Shown here: positions 12,258 through 26,438 of the stretch, in pieces
How the letters are laid out: every line of letters begins with the position of its first letter
Position numbering within the stretch: the stretch's first letter is position 1
Position numbers and translations under genes: made by a program
The notes under the pieces: model-generated
Told to the model about the DNA's origin: nothing
The model's input: only the letters and a program-made list of their open reading frames with translations
The model's database searches: none
Assembly: GCA_040954595.2 (NCBI GenBank)
Contig: CM082597.2
Location: forward strand, 786,786-850,785
Length of the DNA: 64,000 nucleotides
From: Balanoglossus misakiensis
Taxonomy: Eukaryota; Animalia; Hemichordata
Direction of reading: 5' to 3'

Positions 12258-15200
12258 CCTGTCTCTTCTCTCTTCAAAGGGTTAACTTTGTGTTTTCCCG
12301 CCTATTTAGTCTCGTCTTCCTTTAGAAACCATCAGTGGTAGGTTGTAGTCTCTGCAAAAATAATAATAAAACATATACACTGAGTCAATTCAAGCGCGAC
12401 TTGGCTGAGTCAATATTCTTTTTGGTGCCAATATGCCACATTTTACATAAATCCCAATAATTGGATTAGAAAAAAATACGCAAATAAATAACAATTGACT
12501 AAAGCTTGGCAATAAATTGCACTATAATCGAATCAAATATAAATAAGTAAACTTGTCATGAGGTTAACTCAAAGAAATGGTATCCCATTTATTAGTCACA
12601 TAGTATAAAAGACTTATATAGGCATTGTCATGGCCATTCTGCTCTTAGCAACTGATTTTTAAAAGGATTTCTTGAACATGGATCAGTGTAAGCAATACAC
12701 CATCTGATGTTTCAGCTCTGGGCAGCATGATTGGCAGTTTACAAAATTAACCTATAGTGTGACTCTCACTGACTTGAAATTAAATCTCTTCTCTCCTGAA
12801 TAGCCCTGGCGCATTTTCTGTTGAAATGATTTAATGACAATAATGTTCCCTAACTAATGGAAAACGATCGCTCGCGTGTTCCATAATTGGAAATTTCATA
12901 AAAAAGTCCCGGTAATGGTCAAGTCTTGAAAGTATGGAGGATTCTTTTATCAATTAGAACGACTTTTGAGCGCAAAGTTACATACGAAGCAAGATTGTAA
13001 AACAACCAGATTCAATGCTTATCCCAATCTTGTTTTTAAAACACGCGCCTCATGCTTCATTCAGTTGTATACTGCAAAAAACGTCTATAACGTTTTTGAA
13101 TCCCGTCTTGAGAGGTTTATTCAGTGGTCTTGCCATCTGACTCCCGGAGCAAATCGGCGCAATGTAAAACTTAATTAGGAGAAGTTTATTAAATTACAAT
13201 TCACTTGATAGACTTTGAAAATTTTAATCTTCCAAATGAAATGGCGTTTATAGACGATATGACGCCAATGTGTGTTATTTCGCTAAGCCTCTTGGCATTT
13301 TTTAGAAACCATGTTTTCAAATAATTGTTTCTATGGATTAATACATCACACAATTAGTGATAATCAGGTAACACGAGTTTGCTCTCTCCCAATCGAAGCT
13401 GAAAACTTAACCTTTGATAAGTTCTTGTAACCTTTACCAAAGATGTCATGAGGCAACCGGGGTGTGGGTTTTAGTTGAATATGATTATACGTCATTCACA
13501 TCAACATTTGCAATATAACTTATTATAGAACATTACTAGTATGGCAATCTTTTGTAAATTTATAATTATTCCTCACGGCTTTGTAAAATTCGATGGTCAC
13601 CTTGTCAACAGGTAGACCTACATTTAACATATTTCTGACGCATCGACGGTAAGTCAAACTATAAAAAATAAAACGATGGTAAAGTTTGATAGAATGAAAC
13701 GCTGTGAAACACACAACGTTGAATTCTGAGGCTGAGTAGGCCGTAGCCTTTTATCTACGCTATAATTCCTTTGTGACATAGCGGCTTCTTTTCTGAGTAC
13801 AATTTACTAGATGTGCAAGTGTTTATTTTGACGAAATGCAAAGTGGTTCTTTCAATTCATCCGGAAATATTTTATAATCCAGTACTGCAGAAGATGTGAT
13901 AAGGAACGATAGCACAACATGTGAAAAGTTGAAACATTTCTAATATTTCAAACTATGTCGAGAAATATCAATTGGTTTTCTAACAAGACGACGCATGTCT
14001 GAGAGCGGAACAAATTGTATGTGACAGCCCATAAAAAGGGGAAAGTGTCTAGATCTATTGATCTTTTGGCGTTGCATTGGTTTAGACAGCTTGGTGACTG
14101 CTTACAGTGTTTCAGCACCGTTCTTGGTACGATTATCACTTAGTGGCGTTAACCAGACAGATAAAAAAAATCTTGCATTTGTAACAAATCGTGGCTGTCA
14201 TACGATATTATTCCCCATTTTAGCCTCATAGCTGTATGAAAAGATCTACTAGATTATGGACAGTTAGTGGTGACACTGTGTTTGCTAAGGTAATGTGTAT
14301 GACAGAGGCATTTAGGGGAGCTAAAGTAGATGGTACAAAAGCCTTTACTTGTAAAACTGTCGTGATCGCAGACTCATCGCCACGGATTTGTCAAATAGGG
14401 ATTGTCTGGGAGAGCGTAATCTAGAAATACTGAAATAGTTCTCGTGTCAGCGACCCCTTGATGGTTATCGAGATATTGGGCAAATGGTTGTATAAACACA
14501 AATGATGTAGGAATGTTTTCCAATGAGACAAGTCAACCATGATTACAGCAGGTACGTGAGGTGACGTGAAAAGTCAGCCAGGAGCAAAAATTTTACTTTC
14601 AGTTACAATGTCTAATCATGTCTTTCTCAACCTTAGTCTGTTTGCATCTTCAGGCTCCAAAAGAGGCGATAAGTTACAAGCAAGTAATGTCTATCTATTA
14701 CAAATATAGGTAACCCACCTTTGAACGTCTGTGGTTTAACTTCAGTACGAGATGATGGTCACTAAAATAACCAACAACAGCAGCACGCTTTGCCAGTTTG
14801 AAGTTTGAGAAAGACTCGCATCAACCGACAGTCACGCCGCTAAAACTTCTCACTCGGCTGTCAAGGATATTTAATGTCGCAATGTTGTCACGTGATAGAA
14901 CAGAACAAACATATATATGGGTATGGCAGCTACATATGGGAGGGGTACACGCTTTCTTATTGAGATTAAACCATTTTCAAACGGTTTCATTACATATACT
15001 TCAAATGGCCAAGACTTTACTTAATATTGGTTGATTTATTTTGCATAATAATCCTTTAGATTTTTAAAGTGGGTATATTTCTTGGAAAGGCTCAACTTGG
15101 TAATTCATTGATACTTCATTGACTATATAGTTTCATGAACATGTATAGGTTTTTGTGTAGGTTTTCCTTTATCCGTGAGACTGATGGCTTCATGCGAACG

Positions 15201-18200
15201 GAAGTACGAGGATGTGAGGTCATGTGAGGGTCATGAAAAAGGCCAATTGTTGTCGGTAATCACAAGAAGTCTTTCGGGGATGCAGTTAACTTGTCTCATG
15301 ATCACGAGTTGAATTTGGGTCGAGTTGTAGCAACAGATGATTTGGCATTTTCCAGTGGGAGAAAATCCTAAATGGATCATGACTGAAAGATAAAAAAGAA
15401 CAACAGAATAATGATAAAACCTGGCGACCTTTGACCTCAATATTCAAAGCAAACATTGATACAGTATACAGCGTGGGCGTTAGCAGAAGGTTTATTTAAA
15501 CGTTTGAAATGTTTTTACATTCGAGTTAGAAGCTATTGAAAGCGAAATAAGATTTGTGGTCAGTAATAAGCTCAAATCTAATGTCTGTTGCAAATTTTAA
15601 ATTCTAGTAACGTTTGTTCTGGGCAGCATGTTATCCGATTATTGTAAAATAATTTTGTAGTCTGCGCATTATTCTACAGAGAAGAATAATTACTTGTTTG
15701 AATTGCAAGTTGTTTAATTCGGCATGACATTTCATTGGAAAGAAGTCCGACAAAACTGCCGAACACAGACCAGCATAAATTGTACATATTGATTGTTCAG
15801 TTGAGCTGGTCATTCAATCATTCCTCTGTTTGCTCTCAGTTAACGCGTATGGTACGATAATCAGTTGCCACGACAACACGTCGAAATGAAAGTACTGTAC
15901 GTTCATCATCCGCAAATATTTCGATTCTGAATCAAACACCACGGAATGTCGACGTTTAGCATTACGTGTATTGAGACAGGTTGGATTGTAATTGACGTGG
16001 GTGCGTGGTTTTGAATCCGCTTATCCACTCTCTAATGTGACCTCAGCTTGAGCATAGTCTGGGTTAGTTTAGCAGAGTCTCTTCAAGATGAAAATTTGAC
16101 ATTACAACTATTAAAACGTGATAACCGAACGTGAAGTGCCTATGTGAAGTGTCATCATGTGAAGCAGCTAGTTTGTCTGTATATACACCAGACAAAGTAA
16201 CCTTTGTAAGGCGTACTGAACACATCTTGAAAACGTCGTGAAGATTTCTATGAAAATTTAAATAGTATATTTTACCTGCCCTCGTCCATTGTAACGGCAA
16301 CGTCAAATGTAAGCTCTGCATTTTATATCCACGTTTCATCTCTGTGCCCCTTCAGTATAATTCAATGAACGGGGTAGTGTTTTGAAGAACACGTCATCAT
16401 GAAAGTTTATGTCTGTTCTTTTATGAGCACCTTCACGTATTTATGATCACCGTCATCAAAGCTTAGCTTCTCCACCATTGTAATGGTGAACTTAACAATT
16501 TCACCACAATGTTTCAGTCCTTTATCCATTGTTTCCAATGGTAAGACTCTAGGATCTATGGCACAACTCGAATACACTCTGGTTTCAATAACTTCTGTTT
16601 GGCAGTTCTTAATTACCGACACAGTTGGCTGGGTGTATTCCTACCGTCTTGCGACACAAACAACTTACACATGTTTTCTGTGAGTTTCTCATTATCTTTC
16701 TCATCTGCAAAGTGGAATTGTGTGTGTCGCCAGTAAGTGTTTCCTTTATTATTCACGTGACACATCTGCTCATGCGTAATTAGTGATTGTCACGCGTTCA
16801 GTAACAATTTCCGACACGATGCTGAATACAGCGAAATTCATTCTCATAATTGACGTAATTTTCGTCGTTCAGTCAGGAGACGGCGGAAAGTAGATGCCTT
16901 TCAATTCCTAGCGGTTATAACTGGTTGTTTTGTGACAATATTGTCTCAATGTGATGTGACTGCAATTCTATAGTCTTTGGCCATTTTAACAGTCGATAAA
17001 AATGAAACCAACTTTTAAATATGCACATGATTCGAGTTGTTGTTTCTGTAGATGGTGTGGTGATGAACATTGGTTTTAGAATGCCTCGTCTGGTTCGTGA
17101 ATGTTGAATTTAGGTGTGTGGAATGCTTCATATCAGCGTGAGCAATTTCTCTGAGTGGTTTTCTTTGTTTACACTTTGTCGGCAGAGATGCCACGCTTTT
17201 GCCGATGTAAGAAGTACTTGCTTGTTCTCATCTCACCTACATATGTTCCCATATTTATGGCAAGTCAGTCTTTTAAGTGAAGTGTAGGACTTAAAATCCA
17301 GAATACAAATTGTGGGTCGCTGTGCAATTTTCTCAAATTTGAAGTTGGCCGAGTGACCGCGCCATTCTATGGAGACAAAAATTAAAGTGGTGCTTTTTTT
17401 GTGAAGATGTTTTCTTCTTTGCTTTCAAAGAGAATCCTCTCAAGAATTTTAATATGTCAAAAGATTGAAAGCTTCGGAGAACTATCATTTTACTGAAAAT
17501 TAATCCCTAGGTGCGTACTACCTTAAGTGAAGCGAACGATAGACCTGGGATTATCCCACTAAGTGAAGTTTTCATTATTTCAATCCTTTTTGAGCTATGG
17601 CTATCACAAAAGAAGCTGACAGAGTAATCTAGCCCACAGGGGTGTTGATATGATGGTATACGTATTTCTGAAGTCTTAACACGCAGCATTTCTCAATCCC
17701 TAGTTGTCGCATTAATAACTGTGGGTGTTAGACTTGTTAGCAATGTCTTGGATAATGACAGCAAGAGATTAGCCAGGCTGTTCGACCTTCACGCGTCCTT
17801 TTTGATATCATAGTACACAACGTTCGCCTACAACGGCTTCAGTTGGAACACCTTCATGTATCCGAAATAATCATGTTGAGGCAGATTTATCCTCATCGAA
17901 GTGTGCCCCCAAGTGGCGAACCTTCAATTTCTGTCTTATTCTTTTGGCACTGAGAGAAATAAATTGTAACGTCGGATAACAATTAGCCATGTTGGATGCC
18001 GCGGTAGTCAAGACATTATCATATTTGTAATCCATAATGACTCTTTAGAGATAGGTAAAGCTTGGTATTACCTGCAGAGTTTTATCTGTCCTATTTTGAA
18101 GTGTTGATGCAATTTTGTTGCCAAAAGTAAATGGCATATCACACTGATGTTTGTAATGTGATCATAATTAAAGTGATACTGTCCATTTGTGGTGGAAACG

Positions 18201-21144
18201 TCGATTGACATTGTCCAGTTCTGATGAAAACTACACCGAATATAAGCTTAGCGTTCTTGGGGTCATTCCACACAGGTGCTAGGCTACCCTTTGATCCCGC
18301 GCGTTAAAATCTCATTAATTATGATGTGTTAATAGCCCCACGTTTGACAAGGATACGAAGGACAAAGAGCGACGGTATAGTCTGACCTGAACACAGGTGC
18401 GGTTAGAATATTTGCTGGTACATCCATCAGTGGCCTGGTCAATCATGAAGCTAATATGGATTGATTTACATACTTCGTAGACCGTAACAGTCTACCACAG
18501 CTTAAATTATTCCTGCGGCAAAATTCATTTCGCTCGTTGCAGAACCACACGTATTTATTAGCTTGGGTACTTAGTTCCATCATGAGGGAAAAGCAGAGAC
18601 CGAACTTAGCAACACATTTATGCTTCGTCGGTCATTTGCTGTTGAGTGGTACTTCTAATCTAGCATCGCAATGGGCAATTTGACAAAAAGGGTATGGTTA
18701 CGAAAACGCACGTTCGAAGACTGTATTTTGTAAGATGAGAGATGAATTGGAACCTGGCAGTTTCGACAGCACCACTGGAGGGCTTGTGTGACCTCTGGAC
18801 CTTGCTTTCCCGTACGAAACTGCAAATATCCATGTCTAGAAATAACAAGAAAACACAACAGTGCATTCTTTGTCTTGTTGATTTGTGAGCGAAATAAATT
18901 TGCAGATTCAGCACCAAATGTTGTTTTTCTCTTCACCAAAAAAACTCAGATGTGGCGCAATGACTGATGATGATGACACACATAGAAAGTTCTATTGCGA
19001 TAAATTTAGAAATAACCTCATTAAATTCGAAAGTGTTCTTAGATATTTCTGTTGTTTACTTCGGGTCCTCCAAGCTCAGTGACCCTTCAAATGACCCCTG
19101 TGTTCCGCACACGTAAGCTAACTGCTGAGCACACGAAGGGGATGTGGGGACCACATAGAGGTGTACATGTAATTACAGTTCTTGCCTGGCAGGTCACTGT
19201 GTTCTGGCACTTTTGGTCGGTTTTGGCCAATTTGTATTGAAACGTACAGACGAGATGCTTTACTTTTCTATGTGACCAGAAAAGTGCTTGGGTCAGTTTC
19301 TATCAACAGAGAGGGCTTTGTCCTCCATGTTTGTGTTTCAGAAACAAGTGTCTCGTTGTTTGCGGTGACTCGGTCGTGAATAACGGCCGGATTTTGGTCC
19401 TTTGAACGCACTGGCTATTGACAATGTTGAATGACATTTTATCTGTTCATCATTCTTCACGGGAGTAGGTCGACATATCACCCGGACGGTTTTTCTTTCA
19501 CATTGCTTCAAATATTATCACCACCTCCTTGTGGTCAATTGCAGACAAGGATCAATTGTAGTGGCCACTCCAGTTTATTTGCATAGCCCATTTTGAAGTT
19601 CATGAATGGGGTTGCTGAAAGTCCTTGAATGCGAACACCCCCCCCCCCCCCAGTTCATCTCTTGGGGATTAGATAGTGTCAATCGTGCATTTGGGGAATT
19701 TGGATAACATCATTTGAACTGAACTGTACAGCATAACCTTGAATGACCTACTTAGATTATCCCAGGGAGTGTTGTAATGTAATATATGACAAGCGGTCAA
19801 AATGGATATGCCCTCACAGCTTAGTGGCTGAAAGATCGCCAAGCCCTGGTGCGCTCCCATCGCAGCCAGACGATCACGTGTGTCTGCCTAATCAGTGTGT
19901 AAACTGTGTATACACTCGCCATCAAGAACGACTGTTTAATACTTCACTAATGCAGTGAAAAAGAATCAATATTCTACACGCATGGCTGGACGCTGTGCAC
20001 TCGCAAGCATGCAAGCGAAATAGTTAATACATCTATCAGTGTGTTGATAAGCTGGGCCGTAAGATGATCATAAAGATTTTAACGGCATGCAGTTGTGAAC
20101 TTGATTGACTGGTCGGGTGTGGGAAAGATATTTGTCGAACAGAATGAGGTTATACCAGGGACCCAAAAGCCATGCGGTTGCAATTAAACCCGGTCATGTC
20201 AGCATGGGACGAAGTCGAGAGAAATCGAATATATCAGTATTACTAACCATTCAACGAGCTGATATTCGTTGATTTTACGTGCTTTATTTCGCCCACGGTT
20301 TAAACGTCAAATGGCAAATTGCCAGCGTGTTTATCTCCGATGGCGCTTATTTCAATGGGTTCACGACCTGTTAGTAGAGGCCTTTAGTAAAGCAGGCTGT
20401 CGTCAATTGATTTGAGGTCAAAGACTTTGTTAATATTTAAACGGGGGACGCCTGCTTGCGTTATCAGAGGCCTCGTTAGCTTTTCACAAAGGAAGTAAAT
20501 AAAATTGTTATGGAAACGTTGCATAATGTTTGTAACTTGTGTCTGTTTAAAAATTAAAGCGTATTGTTGTGTCAATTAAATCTCTCTTGTGATGCGGGTC
20601 TAGGTTACAGCGTCGCCACGGCAACGGGGTGGGTAGAACGGGGTCTGGCGCGCGCTGTAAAGAGGGGCGCTTTGAATAGAGAACGCACGTGTATTGTATT
20701 TATAGCCGACCATAGCTGACTGCTTCAATATGATGGAGCTTTTGTAAAGGCTGAGCGGATATAGGAGTGACACGTCACATCGTTGAGACATCACCTGTCC
20801 CGGGTTCATACATGTGATCTCGCGCTAATCGCGGACGGCACGCTTCAGAATTTGGGCAATTGTTTTTTTCGGCCAGGGCTGGCTTCTGTGCAGTGGTCCG
20901 GTGGTTATTGATTTTTGGTCTGCATTCCGCCGTTCCCCGAGTCGACACGTGTGTAAGCCGCGCGAATCGAGAATCATCAGATATAAATAACATACATTAC
21001 GGGTTTAAAGTTGAGCATACCGCGACTGCGTGAACATTAGACGCCATATTGTTATTTTAGGAGAGTTTCGGAATCAGTCTGTGGTCATAATTCTTACGCG
21101 GATGACCCGGGGAACGTAGTACGTGTACACAACAGACGGGAAGA

Positions 21145-24100
21145 ATGGAGGCTGAACAGAATTATCTCCGGAAGAGCGCAAGCCAGGTGAAGGAAATTCC
21201 ATTGTTTTCGGAACAGATGGCCGAGTTGTTCAACCAACAGAAAACAAGCGACGTATGCCTGCTTATCGATCAGATTCAGTACTATGTCCATAAAAACATA
21301 TTGTCGCGGGTCAGTCCGGTGTTTCGGAATCTGTTTGCCGAGGAAAGCGATGACGATGGCGGCGATGATGGCACGGTAGTGCAGCTGACTGAGACAGACG
21401 ATTGCCTGGTTGTTTTTCCTGTCTTCTTGAGGTATTTCTACTGTGGTCCGACTTCGCTGTCATTGAATGCTCTGAATGTCGTCCAGCTTCTGATTTTAGC
21501 GACCAAGTACGAAGTCGACCAACTGAGGAAACAGTGCCTTGATTGGATGCTGACATATCTAGATACTGCCACGGACAGTGGTGAGTTTGAACTTGACGTT
21601 GTTTTCGATTGGGCTTTGCATGGCTATATTCGAGAAGATATCGAACCTCAACACCTTCGTAAAAAATGCCTTGATATACTAAAATTACACATGGATGACG
21701 TCATCAACTCGGCGAAGTGGGCCGATCTCCCGTTGGAATATATTATGATCCTCCTTCAAGACGATGACCTTAGAGTTAGCGACGAGTACATGCTGTTCCA
21801 AGCAGTCGAAAATTGGCTTCTAGGAAACGGTCGCAAGCGGGCGCAGTCGAAGAACCTCTCTCCTGTGCTGCAACTTGTTAGATTCCCGATGATGACGTCA
21901 GACGATCTCTCCCTGATCCAGGAAACTTCTATCCTGTATGCAGAGAACAAAGACGAATTTCAAAAACACTTGGAAGACGCACGCCGGTTTCATTGTCTGA
22001 AAATCACGGAGAGCAGGAACGAGATCTCGCGGCACGTGATAGGCAACTACACGCGCAAGTACTGCAAGCGAAAGTACACGGGCACTCATGATCTTACTGC
22101 GGACCTATCAAAATCAAGCTATGACGACGAAAAGGAAACCGATGTTGCCATAGCAGCCGAGCTCTTATCCAATGGATTTGAAGTCTCTGTGTATCACCTC
22201 CATGAACGAAGTGACACTGAAACCTCGGCACCAAGAGTGACCGAGATGCCGAAAATTGTGAGTCCAAAAAGAGGGATTCTGAAAAAGAACATGGTAGAAC
22301 GTTCAAAATCAGAAAGTTGCATAGATGCTTTCCGCGAAGCAAACACCAACGACACCGAAGAAGTTCCGAGTGATACCGACCTGGATTTTTTGAAATCATA
22401 CGACAACGTTGAATTGTCTGACATCGACAACCTTTCATCGGAGAAAGAGGGCACTGTAGATTTCGAGATTGATATGGATCCTGTGAAAGCAATTTCAAAC
22501 GACGCGTCTGTACAGCGATCGGAGAACGCCGATGACAGTGGAGAGGAGGGGAGGGTGTCAGACTCACGTCAGTCGACGTCACCCGTGTGTGTAGTTCAAA
22601 TCGACGGTTCTGAGCACCTCTCAGATAATGACGTCACTGTGGACGAACACAGCGAACGAATGAGCGTCCAAGATGTTTCGAAAACAAAGAAGACGAGTTC
22701 ACAGAAGACAGCTGACACACAGACTGATCTCTCGCTGCTAGACAAAGAAGTGTACTTCGATGAGCAAGAAGACGCAAAACGGGGAAATGCTGTCAATGTC
22801 CGGCGAATCGTGCGCAGTCGCCCCGAACGAGAAAACACCGCCAGTGTCAGAGGCGAGGACGAACCATCAGCAGACGACAAAAACAGCTTCGAAGCAGAGA
22901 GGATTCATGTTGAGCCACGTGGAGATGGCGAGGTGGACCACGTGATCGACGAACAGATCTCTGCGACAAAAATGAACCGTTCAGATGCAGCGACGGACTC
23001 TGACAGACCTGAATCTAAGAGCGAGACGCAACCACCCTTGCTTTCACAACAGAAGAATAACTTTGTCGCAAGAGCCGACAAAATGACTGAAACTGATATA
23101 CCCATAAGCCCAGAACATAAGGATGTATGCACAAGTTGTCACGAGAACTCCATCATGCAAGTAGATTTCAGAATCTTAAATACTGACAAGGCAACCATTG
23201 TTATGGATTGCTCCAGAAACAATGAAATAGTTCTGGAAATACAAAAAGTAAACAAGGGAACAATGACTGAAGTTCTGAACCCGAAAGAATCGAAAGGCAC
23301 GTCTGTCTGCGAAAATTGTTTCAAAATTGGGAGTCATCGATCTCGAACGGCTCACACAAAGTCCACGCATAAACTGCCAAGAAGTGCCCCGGTGTCAGAG
23401 GTCAAGGAGCCTCTTCCTCGTACGGTGAACATTCCATTTTTGCACGGCGGCATCGAGGCAGAAGTTCGCCCCCTCGCGGCAGTTGAGCCTTATCCTCGAG
23501 GCCTGGCCAAGTCAAAAGGCGAAGAAGAATGTTCTGAACCACACCTGCCGTTTATCGAAGAAAAGACCAACGGTAGTGCGCTGGTGGCAAACGATTACGA
23601 GGTTGCCGATATTACTGCTCATGCGCCTTTCTTTCGACGTATATCCGAGAGTGGATCTACTGATGGCGCTGGTGAAATCACCATGGAAACCGAAAAGGAT
23701 AATTTAACACCTGATAATTGGCCAAGTATCTCGGAAGACAAGTCTGGATCGTCTTTGCATTCTGGTGCACCACAGTTTGACCGAAACAAAATCGAGACAA
23801 GATTGACAGCATCGCCAGAAATTCTACCCGGACTCAATCACAGCCTTTGTAAGGAGAGTGGTATTCGATACGACCAGGGACTCCAACAGGTTGTTTTCGT
23901 CCCGGAAGATTCGAGCGTTCTGGCAAGGACGATGATGCGCGTCAACGACGGGAATTACCTGAAAAGCATCAGAGAAGAAATTGAAGTAACAGACGGTGAC
24001 ATCTGCCATGACAAAGGAGAAGATGACGTCATATTGGCCGAAGCAGACGACCAACAAGATGGCGGTGACGCAAGTAACGAAAACAACAACACATCCTGCA

Positions 24101-24533
24101 GTCAGGAACCGGAAGCACAAAGCACGAACGACAATCTTCCCGCCAAGTTACTGTACTCTGAGATACTCAAGAAGCACACCGGAAAAGAATTGCACCATTT
24201 TCAAGAGGGTGACGATCCAAAAGTGTCTACTGGAAAAAATGATGGGCAATCGACTGAAGCAGACGACAATTACACATACTTTGAAAAACCAAGCGAATCT
24301 GGAAAGGGATCCACCATACGCCTTGGATCGGAAGACTCCAGAAACAATAATGACGTCATCTCGGAAAGTCAGACTTGTTTTCAAACTTCGAGGCCTGACA
24401 GGGACGATGAGGTATTCGTCGAAGCTACAAGCACAGCTCACGTGACATTCCGTTGGAATGGTGACTGTAGGGCGGCTAGTGTAGCTGGAGACTTTACATC
24501 ATGGGAGGAAAAGCCTATGGAATACGATGAAAA
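21145..24533 (+). CDS. BTB-BACK-IDR-CBM48 protein, paralog 1, exon 1 (about 1189 aa spliced)
   Basis: N-terminal BTB (SDVCLLI..YYVHKNILSRVSPVFRNLF; FLRYFYCG; ATKYEVDQLRKQC) and BACK (EYMLFQAVENW; VRFPMM), then about 780 aa of acidic low-complexity linker, then VTFRWNG...VAGDFTSW. The ORF stop overlaps an AA|gtaagt donor. Confidence 0.92.
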
Positions 24534-24662
24534 GTAAGTAAAGGTTGCTATTCATTCAATAGTGAAGATGCACGTTTCTCTCAATACCAAGAAAATCTCG
24601 AACCCTGTTTTTGAAAAAATACAACCTAACACCCTGTTTTCTTGCATTGTTATTTTTCACAG

Positions 24663-24756
24663 AAATGGGTGTTTTGTCTGTACATTGGACCTAGCAGACG
24701 GTGAACACCATTACAAATACTTCATCGATGGTGAATGGAAACTCAAAGCCGATGAA
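24663..24756 (+). CDS. Paralog 1 exon 2: core of AMPK-beta-type glycogen-binding domain (CBM48)
   Basis: tttttcacag acceptor, 94 nt, phase 2/0; NGCFVCTLDLADGEHHYKYFIDGEWKLKADE. Confidence 0.92.
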
Positions 24757-25168
24757 GTAAGTTGACTTCTTATTTTGAATAAGCCAAAACCTCACGTGCC
24801 AACAGAAGGCCAAAACTTGCGACTGTTTGGCTTTCACTCCAGCCAGACAAGGGCACGGTCTGTGTGTGAAAGTGTCAAAACAGTCATGTCTTTATAAAGG
24901 AGGAGTGTCGTCCGAACTGCACATGTGCGACTTTTCGCTGTTCATGGGACCCAGCCCACCAACACATGTTATATCGAAGTAAATTGTAAACGTTAAAATG
25001 TAACGAAGTCTTGTTTGTCGTGATGTACAGAGTGATACAAAGTAACCGCCGCATTCTTTATTATGATGTACAATGTAGCCAGTTACACTTTGCGCCTACT
25101 CTGATACGCTGGCACAATCAGCCGCAGACGATACAACACACACGCTGATTCGTCTATTTTCATTGTAG

Positions 25169-25255
25169 GATGACGTTCAAGGACCGTACGGACCCAATCA
25201 CGTTGTTCGAATTAAACATGGAAAGCAGGTCACACAAACAGCCAGCCCATGTTGA
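25169..25255 (+). CDS. Paralog 1 exon 3 (terminal): end of CBM48
   Basis: cattgtag acceptor; DDVQGPYGPNHVVRIKHGKQVTQTASPC-stop, similar to the AMPK-beta GTVNNIIQV strand. Confidence 0.8.
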   Translation, partial: DDVQGPYGPNHVVRIKHGKQVTQTASPC

Positions 25256-26438
25256 TATATGATGCTGCACGAACCCAGTTGACCTCAGATTGACCCTTCG
25301 GCTGGGGTACGAACAGCTGTGGAGGCATAAATAGAAGCTATGAATGTACCAGCTTTTAAAGTGTGACCTGTTTATGGCGGGACTGTGAGTCTGTCTACTC
25401 AAGGAGGCAATACAATTGTAAACAAAAGTAAAGTTAATGCTAATACTCGTCATATTTACACTGCATATATATTTACCAAGTAAGACATTTTGTTAAAAGT
25501 ATATATTTATCAGAACTATCGTGTGTGTGTTCATACATAAGTGACAAGAACTATGCAAAGTCAAAGTCTCTATTATTCTTATCAGTTGTTCCTTGTTATA
25601 AATCTGCAAATGGATGTATTGGAAACAACCTTGTAAGTTTCTGTTTCTATAATTGATTTTCATTTATTTTCAATGATTTCCCGTGTTTCCATGTTTTGTT
25701 TTATTTTCATCATACTCTGTTGTTCTTTCTGCCTCCCACCGTTATCAATATGTGTGTCCATTACAGCTTGATTGATTTTATATCAGGAGTATAGTCATAT
25801 GTATATCTGTATAATCCACCCGGACTACCTTAATACACTTCTCATATATTGTGGTGCTCATTATGCATTAACAGTACTGATAAATAAATAATCGTAAAAT
25901 CTGATGGTTGATATGTTTATATTTACCTAAAACAACTATGGGTCGAAGCTTTAAAAATCAAAATGAAATCGACGCGGATTGATGTCTCTGGCGCAAATCG
26001 CATCTGGGCAAGTTGCCAAGGCCTCGACAGTTGCCATGGTAAGCTTACTAACACAGAAGTAAAAGGTAAGCCTCGTATTCCAACAAGACACACCAACTTT
26101 AAGTTTTTCACAGAAAGTTTAAGTGTGTTGAGTGATCGAGTTTTGGTATTTTTCGGCCACATCTTCAGAACAGAAACTAGTAACATTAACCCGCGCAAAC
26201 AGATTAATCATTTAATGACTTCGACGTGGAGATTGAACAGAAACTGCCTCTGCTTCTGAGTATTGGCGGCCATATTGGGTTTTCCTCGAACCACACCAGA
26301 GCTCAAAGGTCTTAATCGTCCTATTTGTGCATTCGCACACGCTCATAACGCTATTGGCCGGCCAACAGGACACAGCGCATTCAACGAGTCGGCTGAGGTG
26401 AGATTATTTGCGGTGCAGGTGTAGATATTTCGACGTCG

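Noticed and set aside
12300-21000. Many 60-95 aa ORFs in the region between the divergent lectin and BTB genes
   Set aside because: No domain signatures or consistent exon chain; treated as intergenic or regulatory DNA.
21311-24445. Short alternative-frame and antisense ORFs inside BTB paralog 1
   Set aside because: Shadow ORFs of a long coding exon.
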